NCBI GenBank assembly: GCA_964372905.1
Contig: CAYJQY010000007.1
Span: forward strand, 5,229-55,667
Length of the DNA stretch: 50,439 nt
Reading direction: 5' to 3'
Source: an uncultured Candidatus Saccharibacteria bacterium
GTDB taxonomy: Bacteria; Patescibacteriota; Doudnabacteria; UBA920
In this document: positions 26,320-35,409 of the stretch, piece by piece
Layout: each line of letters begins with the position of its first letter
Numbering within the stretch: position 1 is the first letter of the stretch
Position numbers and translations under genes: made by a program
Notes under the pieces: generated by a model
What the model saw: the letters and a program-made list of their open reading frames with translations, nothing else
Database searches by the model: none
What the model was told of the DNA's origin: nothing

Positions 26320-26970
26320 TTATTTAATACTGGCATCTTTAGTATATAAATCGAAAAAAACAATGGCATCGGTTGCTGGATCGTAAAAAGCATTAGAAGT
26401 ATCGACATCAATATAGCCGTGTGCCGTAAGAATTGAATTGACTGACTCATACCTAGCAATCAATTCTTTAATTTTATTCTTTCCTAATATTTCTGGATTG
26501 CCCAAGTACTTGTCTAACAGCTCTAAGTCCCGCCATTCGGAAACAAAAAAATTATTGCCCCACTTGTCGGAATAGCCCAAGTGGAATCTGATTACCTCCA
26601 CCCCGGGTACTTTTTGCAATAACGAAACCGCTTCTTTGAAACTCGCAATTTCTTTCGTGCCGCCGTGATCCTGCGCCATATCATTATCATATATTTTTAA
26701 GAAAAACTTTTGACCGTCGACTGCAACGCTGTAGACATAACTCTGGCCAATATCATCCAGGGGAACGAACTCGCCTAATTGGATTGAAAATTCTTCATCT
26801 GTAAAGGAGTCGCCTGTGGTATCCAATTGGGGAATGACAGACATAATCTTTTTAATAAGCTTAGGATGTCTGGTTAATAAAGGTTTGAGCAACTCATCGT
26901 CATAATAAAGCTCCCTGCTTTTGCTGATGGAAAAACTGTGTCTCGCTTCTAAATTTTGCGGGTTATCCAT
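26320..26970 (-). CDS. Hypothetical protein with minimal protein-kinase-like fold features
   Basis: 216 aa. QKFFLKIY (beta3 Lys context), EIASFKEAVSLL (alphaC Glu), FFVSEW (hinge), HGYIDVDTSNAFYD (D-x4-N catalytic loop), IVFFDL (DFG-like Asp). Markedly AT-rich compared with purH and purQ on either side. Confidence 0.4.
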   Translation of the reverse strand: MDNPQNLEARHSFSISKSRELYYDDELLKPLLTRHPKLIKKIMSVIPQLDTTGDSFTDEEFSIQLGEFVPLDDIGQSYVYSVAVDGQKFFLKIYDNDMAQDHGGTKEIASFKEAVSLLQKVPGVEVIRFHLGYSDKWGNNFFVSEWRDLELLDKYLGNPEILGKNKIKELIARYESVNSILTAHGYIDVDTSNAFYDPATDAIVFFDLYTKDASIK

Positions 26971-26971
26971 A

Positions 26972-27742
26972 TTATCTAAAATAGTTCACCGCGTTCTTAA
27001 AAACCTGCAACCCCGGCCCGAATTTGGGCAGCGGCTTGCCGCTCCGGCGCAAACGCTCCTTCAATAAAGTCCAATGCGGCAACTGGGTAAAGAACATGGC
27101 GCGCTCGGGATGCGGCATAATCCCAAAAACCCGGCCGCCATGAGCGGTAAGCGCGGCGATATCGCGCGTTGAGCCGTTGGGATTAGCCGGCAACTGCTGG
27201 AGTTTACAAATTTCGCCAACCGCGTATGTGGCGACAACTTGTTTTTCGCGCTCAAGCTGATCAAACACGGGTTTATCAGCCACATATCGCCCTTCGGCAT
27301 GAGCAATGGGAACAGATAAAATTTTCATGCCAACGAGCCATGGAGAATCGCCCTGAATTTTAAGATCGACCCAGCGGTCGGTGTAGCGCGCCGAGCTGTT
27401 GAAAGTCAGGGCGCCAGGCAGCAAGCCTGCGTTAACCACGACCTGAAAACCGTTACAAATGCCGATCACCAACTTATCCGCCGAAACAAAATCCCGAAGC
27501 TGTTCAGCCAAATGATTTTTTAATTTGTTGGCGTAAGCCCTGCCCGAACCAGTATCATCGCCAAAGGCAAACCCTCCGGGAATGGCCATAATCTGGTAAT
27601 TTTTCAGTTTTTTGCTGCCTGCAACCAAATCATTAATGTGTACGATGTCTGTTCGTGCGCCGGCCAAAGCAAAAGCGTACGCGGTCTCATCCTCGCAGTT
27701 AAGTCCGTATCCGGCTAATACAATAACGTTGGGTTTGGCCAT
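26972..27742 (-). CDS. purQ: FGAM synthase glutamine amidotransferase subunit
   Basis: VIVLAGYGLNCEDE, nucleophile GICNGFQ, GIMPHPER. Confidence 0.9.
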   Translation of the reverse strand: MAKPNVIVLAGYGLNCEDETAYAFALAGARTDIVHINDLVAGSKKLKNYQIMAIPGGFAFGDDTGSGRAYANKLKNHLAEQLRDFVSADKLVIGICNGFQVVVNAGLLPGALTFNSSARYTDRWVDLKIQGDSPWLVGMKILSVPIAHAEGRYVADKPVFDQLEREKQVVATYAVGEICKLQQLPANPNGSTRDIAALTAHGGRVFGIMPHPERAMFFTQLPHWTLLKERLRRSGKPLPKFGPGLQVFKNAVNYFR

Positions 27743-27744
27743 AA

Positions 27745-30700
27745 TTAATACTTACTTAATATAGCGTGGTAAGCAGTAAGCGCTTCATTAATTTTTGAAA
27801 TGATGATGCCAGCGCGGCCTTTGATTTCCATCTTTCCACTATTCGTAGCTTTGCCCAACAGCGCAAAAGAAGTTCCCAGCATAGCCGCTTCAAATTCTTT
27901 TTGCTTGTTTGGATCGATGCCGACTAGCACGCGGCCTTGGCTTTCGGAAAATAAAGCATTGGCGTCGGGCAAAATTGCGCCGGGAATTTTTGCCAGATCC
28001 ACTGCCACGCCCAAATTGCCGGCCATAGCAGTTTTGGCTAAAGCAACGGCAAGCCCGCCGCGGCCAACACTAATGGCTGATGCAACCAAATCCTGTTTTA
28101 TGGCAGCAGCCAACGCGTGATACAACCGATTATTTTTCACCGCGTCCACGCGCGGTACCTCACTTTTAATTTTTGAACTGCCCTGTTCAACGCGATGCTC
28201 ACTATATTCATGAAGATACTCAACAAATTCCGAACCGCCCAGCTCATCATAAGTTTCGCCGAGCACATAAATTAAATCGCCAGGCGACTTCAAATCAATC
28301 GAAACTGCTGTGGTTACATCTTTAATAACGCCAATGGCGGAAATCAGCAGCGTAGGCAAAATTGAAATGTCAACGCGCTTACCTTGGGCATCAAACCCGT
28401 GAAAATCATTGAACATGCTGTCCTTGCCGGAAATGAACGGAGTGCCGTAGGCCACGGTGTAATCAAAACAGGCACGCGCCGCGGCTTTCAGTTGCGCCAG
28501 CCGTTTCGGATCCTGCGAACTGCACCAGCAAAAATTATCCAGCAGGGCTAAGTGGTCGGGGTCGGCGCCCGTAGCCACAGCCTGCCGTACCGCCGAATCA
28601 ACGCAACAGGCGGCCATATCATACGGACTCAATTCAGAATATGATGGATACAGCGCCTGGGTCAGTACCACGCCGCGGCTTGAATCCAAAACCGGCCGGA
28701 TCACCGCCGCATCGCCATTCACGCGCCCCTTGCCTTGCAGCGGCTTAATAATAGAGGTGCCTTGGACTTCGTGATCGTATTGCTGCGAAATAAAGGAAAA
28801 ACTGGCCAAATTCGGCCGGCCCAGCATATCTTTCAAGGCCGTCTTGAGATTTAATTTATCGGGAAGATCTGATTTAAGAGAATGAGTTGATAGCGCCAGC
28901 AGGGCCGTATTTTGTTGATGAATCGGCCGGCCATCATGCAAAAATTTCATATCCAAATCCATCACATTTTTTTCTTTATACTTCACCATGCACGTTCCGG
29001 AATCGGTGAACTCGCCAACAACCATGGCTTCTACGCCGCGCCTCTGCATCAACTTTTGAAATTGTTGCCACTTATTTTTTGGCACGGCCAGAGTCATACG
29101 CTCCTGCGATTCAGAAATCCAAATCTGCCACGGCGCCATGCCGGGATACTTCAACGGCACTTTATCCAAATAAACCAGACAGCCGCCGGACTCGCGCGCC
29201 ATTTCCGCCACAGAACAAGACAAACCGCCTGCGCCGTTATCCGTAATGCTGTTGTAAAGATTTAAATCGCGCGCCTCGCGCACCAATGCATCGCTCATTT
29301 TCTTTTGGGTGATGGGGTCGCCAATCTGGACCGCAGTTGCCGGGCTGTCGGAGCTCAATCCTTCGGAAGAAAAAGTTGCCCCGTGAATGCCGTCCAGGCC
29401 CACGCGCCCGCCCGCCATAACCACATAGTCCCCCGCCCGCGCCCGCTTCACGTGACTCAATCGGCCGCCAACCTTGCGCGGAATCAATCCTACGGTTCCG
29501 GCAAACACTAACGGCTTGCCGCGAAAACGCTTGTCAAAGTAAATAAATCCCGTTGGCGTCGGAATACCGGCCTGGTTGCCGCCGGCATTAATTCCGGCGA
29601 CCACGCCTTCCATAATTCTGCGCGCCGAGAGCATTTTCTGCTTGCGCTCGGAATCCCTATACAGCTCGCTTTCATCGCGCGGGTCAGCTACGCAAAAACC
29701 ATAAACATTGGCAATAGGTTTGGCGCCCAGGCCAAAGCCCAAAGTGTCGCGGTTCACGCCGCCAATGCCGGTAATGGCGCCGCCGAATGGGTCTAAAGCC
29801 GACGGCGTGTTGTGAGTTTCAACTTTATGCGTGATCAGATATTTATCGTCAAAAACTATGGCGCCGGAATTATCGGTAAAGACCGAAACGCAAAAATCTT
29901 TTTTCCCTTTGCTCTTTCTAATCTGCTCGGTGGCGCCCTTAATATACCTCTTGTATAATCCTTCCTTGACTTCATCAATCGGGTCGGCAAAAATTGTGTG
30001 CTTGCAGTGTTCGCTCCAGGTCTGGGCCAATGCTTCCAGTTCAATATCCGTAGGATTACGGCCAAGCTTGGCAAAATGATTGCGAATTTGCTTCATATAT
30101 GCCAAATTCAGCGCCAGCGGCCCGCGGCGAAATCCTTTGGGATCCATAATCCCCTCTTTGCCAATGCGCGCCAGTTCATCATCCTTAACCTGCAAATCTA
30201 CAGGAATAGCCCGTGCCGTTTCGTGCAAATTAACTTTCGGCACATACGGCGCCGAACCGATTTTTTTCTGACACCGATCAAACGTCTGCACAGTGGCGCG
30301 CTGAATCAGCGGGTTATACAAGCTCCCGGCAATTTTTTTGATATCGCGCGGCGCCAGCTTGCCGGAAATAAAAAAGACCTGGGAAGAGTAAATGCCTTCA
30401 CCGGCCTTAAATTTTTTCTTAAGTAAATCTTCTATGGTCTCGCGCGCAGTAGTTCCTACATTATCGGTAACCCCGGGCAAAAATCCAATCTCAATAGCCC
30501 AGCCAAACTTTTTGGATCCAGCCGAAATGAAGCCGCTCGCGTTTCCAGTTCTGCCATGCGTGCCACCGGCTACGACCTTTCCATCAATGATCGCCCGCTG
30601 GGTCACCGGATTTGTCAATGCCTCGGCCACGCGTGCCAATTGCTTATCATTCAGCCCGGCATCAATCACATAAGAATCAACAACACCCACCGAGGTCAGT

Positions 30701-30792
30701 GGGTGCGAAAGTCCTAAACTCTGAAAGTAGGCGGTCTTCACCTGGGCGCGAGTGTCGGAAATAATGGGCTGGATATCAATCCGGTGAGCCAT
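27745..30792 (-). CDS. purL: FGAM synthase subunit PurL with an N-terminal ~230-aa extension containing PurS-like repeat(s)
   Basis: 1015 aa. Core motifs: WSEHCKHTIF, VETHNHPSA-like VETHNTPSALDPFGGAITG, SESQERM, ISGKDSM. The N-terminus (VVDSYVIDAGLNDKQLARVAEALTNPVTQ; SSQVFFISGKLAPRDIKKIAGSLYNPLIQ) looks like two PurS-type modules. No separate purS gene is present. Confidence 0.85.
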   Translation of the reverse strand: MAHRIDIQPIISDTRAQVKTAYFQSLGLSHPLTSVGVVDSYVIDAGLNDKQLARVAEALTNPVTQRAIIDGKVVAGGTHGRTGNASGFISAGSKKFGWAIEIGFLPGVTDNVGTTARETIEDLLKKKFKAGEGIYSSQVFFISGKLAPRDIKKIAGSLYNPLIQRATVQTFDRCQKKIGSAPYVPKVNLHETARAIPVDLQVKDDELARIGKEGIMDPKGFRRGPLALNLAYMKQIRNHFAKLGRNPTDIELEALAQTWSEHCKHTIFADPIDEVKEGLYKRYIKGATEQIRKSKGKKDFCVSVFTDNSGAIVFDDKYLITHKVETHNTPSALDPFGGAITGIGGVNRDTLGFGLGAKPIANVYGFCVADPRDESELYRDSERKQKMLSARRIMEGVVAGINAGGNQAGIPTPTGFIYFDKRFRGKPLVFAGTVGLIPRKVGGRLSHVKRARAGDYVVMAGGRVGLDGIHGATFSSEGLSSDSPATAVQIGDPITQKKMSDALVREARDLNLYNSITDNGAGGLSCSVAEMARESGGCLVYLDKVPLKYPGMAPWQIWISESQERMTLAVPKNKWQQFQKLMQRRGVEAMVVGEFTDSGTCMVKYKEKNVMDLDMKFLHDGRPIHQQNTALLALSTHSLKSDLPDKLNLKTALKDMLGRPNLASFSFISQQYDHEVQGTSIIKPLQGKGRVNGDAAVIRPVLDSSRGVVLTQALYPSYSELSPYDMAACCVDSAVRQAVATGADPDHLALLDNFCWCSSQDPKRLAQLKAAARACFDYTVAYGTPFISGKDSMFNDFHGFDAQGKRVDISILPTLLISAIGVIKDVTTAVSIDLKSPGDLIYVLGETYDELGGSEFVEYLHEYSEHRVEQGSSKIKSEVPRVDAVKNNRLYHALAAAIKQDLVASAISVGRGGLAVALAKTAMAGNLGVAVDLAKIPGAILPDANALFSESQGRVLVGIDPNKQKEFEAAMLGTSFALLGKATNSGKMEIKGRAGIIISKINEALTAYHAILSKY

Positions 30793-30867
30793 GGAAGATT
30801 ATATGGAAAGGTTTTGATGATAAATTGAGGCCCTCCCGCGCTCGTACGGCTGGGGCACCACATGAAC

Positions 30868-30896
30868 ATTATAATAGAAATTGTCAAGATTGGCAA
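30868..30896 (-). promoter_or_regulatory. Candidate promoter of the purL-led operon
   Basis: On the minus strand: TTGCCA, 17 nt, TATAAT (plus-strand TGGCAA at 30891-30896 and ATTATA at 30868-30873). This leaves a GC-rich leader of about 68 nt before the purL ATG. Confidence 0.5.
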
Positions 30897-30897
30897 A

Positions 30898-32085
30898 TTA
30901 CAAAACCATGGCCCAAACCAGCCAAAACGTTAGAGCTAAATCGTTCTTAAAGTAAGGGTTGTCGATCTGGCCTTGAACCAAAAGCGCAATCAAAAACAGG
31001 GCCAGCCCAAAAGCAGCCAGATTGGCGCGGTTACGGAGACCGTGCCAAATGCCATAGGCGCATAGCGCCACAAAACTGATCAAACCCAACAGCCCGGTAT
31101 CGATCCAAGCATCTAAAAAGATGTTATGCGGGAACGGATAGTGGCCGAGCGAAGAATCCACGGCATAATCATTCCAACTGTGATCGGCACCGAGGAGGCC
31201 TTTGCCCACAATCGGATTATCCTGAACCATATGCCAGCCGGTTTGCCACAGCGAAACCCGCGCCGAAGAGGAACGTTCGCCGTAAAACGGCAGGATAACG
31301 CGCCAGCGCAAATTCGGCACCGCGGCCGCGATAATGATGCCAACCAGACCAAGCGCCAAAGCCGTTTGCGTCAGTTTTTTATTGGCCCCAACCACAACAA
31401 AAACAACCGCAGCCGCAGCTAATCCCAGCCAGGCCCCCCGCGAAAGCGATAGCACCAACCCCGCCGCGCCCAGCAGCCAAGCCAGCGCCGCGGCCATATT
31501 AACCGGCAAACGAAAATTCCTGATGCGCTCAAACAAGTCGGGAAGCAAAAAGGCCAACAGTGGAGTAATGAACAGCGCATAAGCATTAGGATGGACAAAA
31601 AAACTGATAGCCCGCTTGGGCTCAACGCTATTGCCCCACCATGCCGGAGGCAAGCCGTGCAGCGTGAAATATTGATAGATAGCGTACAGGCCCGAGATGG
31701 CCAAAACGACATAAAAACTTTTGAGCAAAAAAGCGCTTGCCTGTGGCCGCACTTTCCTCACATAACGGGCGATATAAAACATGCCGACGGGCTGGACGAA
31801 CCAGACCAAGTACTGCCCGAGTTTCTGCTGGCTAAAACCGCCGACAAATAAAGCAAGGGTACCGGCAAGCAAAAACAAGCCGATGATAATTTTCAATGCC
31901 GGAGGCATATCAAGTTTCGAACGGACATATTTCGCCACCCGCTTGGTGGCAATCAGCCAAATAATAAAAACTGCCCAGAGCAAAAATATCCAGACCAGGA
32001 GCGCGTTAGCCGGCAAGCCGGCCAGCGAAAACCTGGCCACATAAGCCGGGGCCAGGAAAAAAGTTAGTACGATAAGATATTCCAT
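30898..32085 (-). CDS. O-antigen ligase/polymerase (Wzy_C) family membrane protein
   Basis: At least 10 hydrophobic helices. The characteristic loop segment LSLSRGAWLGLAAAAVV is followed by a periplasmic-type loop. Confidence 0.7.
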   Translation of the reverse strand: MEYLIVLTFFLAPAYVARFSLAGLPANALLVWIFLLWAVFIIWLIATKRVAKYVRSKLDMPPALKIIIGLFLLAGTLALFVGGFSQQKLGQYLVWFVQPVGMFYIARYVRKVRPQASAFLLKSFYVVLAISGLYAIYQYFTLHGLPPAWWGNSVEPKRAISFFVHPNAYALFITPLLAFLLPDLFERIRNFRLPVNMAAALAWLLGAAGLVLSLSRGAWLGLAAAAVVFVVVGANKKLTQTALALGLVGIIIAAAVPNLRWRVILPFYGERSSSARVSLWQTGWHMVQDNPIVGKGLLGADHSWNDYAVDSSLGHYPFPHNIFLDAWIDTGLLGLISFVALCAYGIWHGLRNRANLAAFGLALFLIALLVQGQIDNPYFKNDLALTFWLVWAMVL

Positions 32086-32178
32086 AGTTCAAGGTAAAAA
32101 ATTTTCTGCTTCAACCAAGTTATTGACATAGTATTCGCCCGCAGCCCTAAAATAAAGATTTGCCCATAAACTTTTCAT

Positions 32179-32883
32179 CTACTTAAATTTATTTCGCGCG
32201 GTCTTTCCTTTTACAAGCTGCCACTCCGTAAGTTTACCCGCCGCAATCTCAATGGGGTCGGCGCGGCGGAAAAGTCTGCGTTGCACCTTCGGCACAATGG
32301 GGTAGTGTTGTATTTTATCAAGATGATCGGGAATTTCCCATAAATCTTTGTCGCTGGTACGCCAATTCAGATGCTCGAATGGCCGCAAGCTCATAGGACG
32401 GGAAAAATCGTACATGGTTTTCTTGCCGTCATCCATAAAATATTCATGAAAAAAAGATAAAGCCAATTCGCGCAAGGTCCTATAAACCGGCTCGCGGTAG
32501 CGCAACACGGCATGATTGGTCTTGCTGATCGCGCCCCAATATCCTTGGCCCTGGCGGGAGTGTTCCCGGCCCGTGCGCCGGTCGCGACCCTGGGCCTGGT
32601 CCTGCCGCCCGCGGCTCCGGAACAGCGCCACCACATGGTCAAAATCGCGGTCAGCCGCGCGCAAGTCCAGGAGCAAAGGCGCGTGCCCGTGGAATTCCAA
32701 GGCGCAGGCCGCCAGCATCGCCCCTTCCATGCAGTGGGCTTTGCCGGTTTCCAGCACGCGCCGCGGCGACATGCAGGTATCCCCGCGCTCCTCAAAATTG
32801 ATTTTCAAAGTCTCCAAAAAATCCTGGATTTTTGCCGGCGTGTTGAGGCGGCGAAATACCCGTGATTCTCGACTGTTAAACAT
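32179..32883 (-). CDS. Transglutaminase-like (papain-like Cys-His-Asp) superfamily protein with low-complexity insert
   Basis: GKAHCMEGAMLAACAL (nucleophile Cys context), then FDHVVALF (His). A 26-aa RSRGRQDQAQGRDRRTGREHSRQGQG insert follows directly after the His segment. Confidence 0.5.
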   Translation of the reverse strand: MFNSRESRVFRRLNTPAKIQDFLETLKINFEERGDTCMSPRRVLETGKAHCMEGAMLAACALEFHGHAPLLLDLRAADRDFDHVVALFRSRGRQDQAQGRDRRTGREHSRQGQGYWGAISKTNHAVLRYREPVYRTLRELALSFFHEYFMDDGKKTMYDFSRPMSLRPFEHLNWRTSDKDLWEIPDHLDKIQHYPIVPKVQRRLFRRADPIEIAAGKLTEWQLVKGKTARNKFK

Positions 32884-32892
32884 TATAATTTT

Positions 32893-33819
32893 TTACTTTA
32901 ATTTTTTTGATTTTGATTCCACCCCGTGCCCGCCAAATTGTTTGCGCAGCAGGGCCAGAATTTTGTTACGGAACAGTCGTTGGTTTTTTGGATCTTCGGA
33001 TTCGCGCCGAACTTGCAGCGACGCCTCAATCACCCGCGCATCCACGCCGAGTTCGCGCGCCGCGTTCACGGTCCACTCGGCTTCGCCCGTAGCCCGGACC
33101 AGCCCAACCGTGCTTGCAATATCTTCCTTGGCAAAAATATCGGCCATCAAATCAATCAGCCAGGAATGAATTACCGAACCTTTTTGGTAAATTTTGGTCA
33201 CCTGCGCTAAATCCAATTTAAAATTACCGGCCTGCAAAACCGAATAGCCCTCGGCAATGGCTTCCATCATGCCGTACTCAATACCGTTGTGCACCATCTT
33301 CACAAAATGACCGGCGCCGGTTTTGCCCACCAACCCGTAATTATCCCCGCAAGACAGCGCTTTAAACACCGGCTCTACGATTGGCCACTGTTCCTTGGGC
33401 CCGCCGACCATTAACGCGAATCCGTTTTTTTCGCCCCACACGCCGCCCGAAGTTCCGCAATCATAAAAGATGATGCCCTGTTTGGCCAAAACTTCCGCCC
33501 GGCGCATGCTTTCCTTGTAAAACGAATTGCCGCCTTCAATAACGATATCCCCGGCGCGCAAATACTGAACCAAGCCTGCCGGCCCAAACAGAAAATCCTC
33601 AACCAGGGCATTCGGCAACATGAGCCAAAACACCCGCGGTGTTTTGCTCATCGCTTCCGACAACTCTTTGACCGCGGCAAAAGCCCTGCCGCCAAATTGT
33701 TCAAAGGCCTTGCGCGGCTCCTCGGACCGATTCCACGCAAAAATATTAAAACCATTTTTCTGCAACCGCCGGGCAATCTGCCCACCCATCCTGCCCAAAC
33801 CGAGAACCGCAATGTTCAT
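32893..33819 (-). CDS. gnd: 6-phosphogluconate dehydrogenase, short (decarboxylating, YqeC/GntZ-like) form
   Basis: MNIAVLGLGRMGGQIARRL Rossmann start, GAGHFVKMVHNGIEYG signature. Confidence 0.85.
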   Translation of the reverse strand: MNIAVLGLGRMGGQIARRLQKNGFNIFAWNRSEEPRKAFEQFGGRAFAAVKELSEAMSKTPRVFWLMLPNALVEDFLFGPAGLVQYLRAGDIVIEGGNSFYKESMRRAEVLAKQGIIFYDCGTSGGVWGEKNGFALMVGGPKEQWPIVEPVFKALSCGDNYGLVGKTGAGHFVKMVHNGIEYGMMEAIAEGYSVLQAGNFKLDLAQVTKIYQKGSVIHSWLIDLMADIFAKEDIASTVGLVRATGEAEWTVNAARELGVDARVIEASLQVRRESEDPKNQRLFRNKILALLRKQFGGHGVESKSKKLK

Positions 33820-33863
33820 ATTTACTATCCTTAATGGGCTTAATTACTTAAAAATCCTAAATT

Positions 33864-35363
33864 CTACCGCGTCCACCATCTGCGGCCGTCGCGCTTAATT
33901 AAATCTTGCGCTGCCTTAGGCCCAGTGCTGCCCGCCGGGTAATAAACCAGCGGCGCATTTTTATCGCGCCAATTTTTAGTGATGCTGTCCACAAAGCGCC
34001 AAGCCGCTTCAATTTCGTCGCTCCGGATAAACAGGCGCTGGTCCCCTTCCATAAAATCCAGCAGCAGCCGTTCGTAAGCACCGGGGATTTCTCCCTGGAA
34101 AGCCGCGGCATAACCAAACTCCATGTTACCATCGTGCAAATCAATCCCAAAACCGGGAACTTTGTTATTCATCTGCAAACGCACCCGTTCATCCGGCTGG
34201 ATGCGGAAAGTCAAAACATTAGGATACCGGCGCTGATCCTTAAATAAATTATGCCTCTGTTGCTTGAAGTGAACCGAGACCTCCGTAACCTTGCGCGGGA
34301 GGCGCTTGCCCGTTCGCACATAAAACGGCACGCCGCGCCAGTGCGCCAGCTGCAAAAAAGTCTTAAAAACTATAAAAGTTTCCGTGTTGCTGGCATGGCC
34401 GATCTCCTCGGTGTAACCAGGCATGTCTTCGCCCGCTTTATACTGTGCCCTAACCAAATTTTGGCCAATCGTATGCGCACTGAACCGCTTCAACGACCTC
34501 AAAACTTTGACCTTGGCATTGCGGATAGATTCTGCACTCAAATCTTTCGGTGCATCCATAGCGATAAGCGCAAGCATCTGCAAAATGTGATTCTGTACGA
34601 CGTCGCGGGCGGCTCCGGCCTGATCAAAATACGTTGCCCGATTTTCAATTCCAACCGACTCCAGCACGCTGATTTCGACATGGTCAATATAGCGCGCGTT
34701 CCAAATGGGCTCGAGAAAATCGTTGGCAAAACGCATGACAATCATATTCTGGACGGTCTCCTTGCCCAGGTAATGATCAATACGATAAATCTGGTCTTCC
34801 GAGAAAAACTTGAGCAGTAATTTATTAAGCGCATGGGCCGATTTCAAGTCATGGCCGAAAGGCTTTTCTATCATGACCCGAATGGTCCGCTTGTGGTCGC
34901 TGCAGCCGACGAGCAAGTTTTCCTGCTTCAGCAGTTTGGTAATCTGGCTAAAATAACTCGGCGGGGTAGCAAAGTAATATAAGCGATTGTAGCAGAGATG
35001 CTTGCCGCGGCCCTGCTGCCGGTCGGCCAGCGTCCTATTCAACGCGTAAAAGCTTTTGGCATCTTCAAAATCTCCGCGGAAATACTCGACATGGCGGGAA
35101 AAATGTTTGATCGGGCGACGCAGCGAATCAGCCTCGGGAGTACGGTCTAAAAAATATTTAAGATACTTCTCGACGGTGAAATCCCGGCGGCCCACGCAGA
35201 CCAGCCGGAAAGTTTGCGGCAAAAGGCCCGCGACATCCATGTGCACCAGGGTCGGCAGCAAGTAGCGCGTACTCAAATCGCCCGTGGCGCCAAAAATAGT
35301 GAGAATGGTCGGCGGCAGACTTTTAACTAATTCATGAATATGGTGCTGGGTTGAATCACGCAT
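33864..35363 (-). CDS. zwf: Glucose-6-phosphate 1-dehydrogenase
   Basis: IFGATGDLSTRYLLP, active-site RIDHYLGKE, EKPFG. Confidence 0.92.
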   Translation of the reverse strand: MRDSTQHHIHELVKSLPPTILTIFGATGDLSTRYLLPTLVHMDVAGLLPQTFRLVCVGRRDFTVEKYLKYFLDRTPEADSLRRPIKHFSRHVEYFRGDFEDAKSFYALNRTLADRQQGRGKHLCYNRLYYFATPPSYFSQITKLLKQENLLVGCSDHKRTIRVMIEKPFGHDLKSAHALNKLLLKFFSEDQIYRIDHYLGKETVQNMIVMRFANDFLEPIWNARYIDHVEISVLESVGIENRATYFDQAGAARDVVQNHILQMLALIAMDAPKDLSAESIRNAKVKVLRSLKRFSAHTIGQNLVRAQYKAGEDMPGYTEEIGHASNTETFIVFKTFLQLAHWRGVPFYVRTGKRLPRKVTEVSVHFKQQRHNLFKDQRRYPNVLTFRIQPDERVRLQMNNKVPGFGIDLHDGNMEFGYAAAFQGEIPGAYERLLLDFMEGDQRLFIRSDEIEAAWRFVDSITKNWRDKNAPLVYYPAGSTGPKAAQDLIKRDGRRWWTR

Positions 35364-35409
35364 GGCTTAAAGCTTGTTTACAGGGAACACAGGGCTTATT
35401 GGTATTCTC

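Noticed and set aside
32125-32165. Plus-strand TTGACA-containing promoter-like strings in spacers where all flanking genes are on the minus strand (for example ~32135 and ~24447).
   Set aside because: No downstream plus-strand gene. These are expected by chance in AT-rich spacers.
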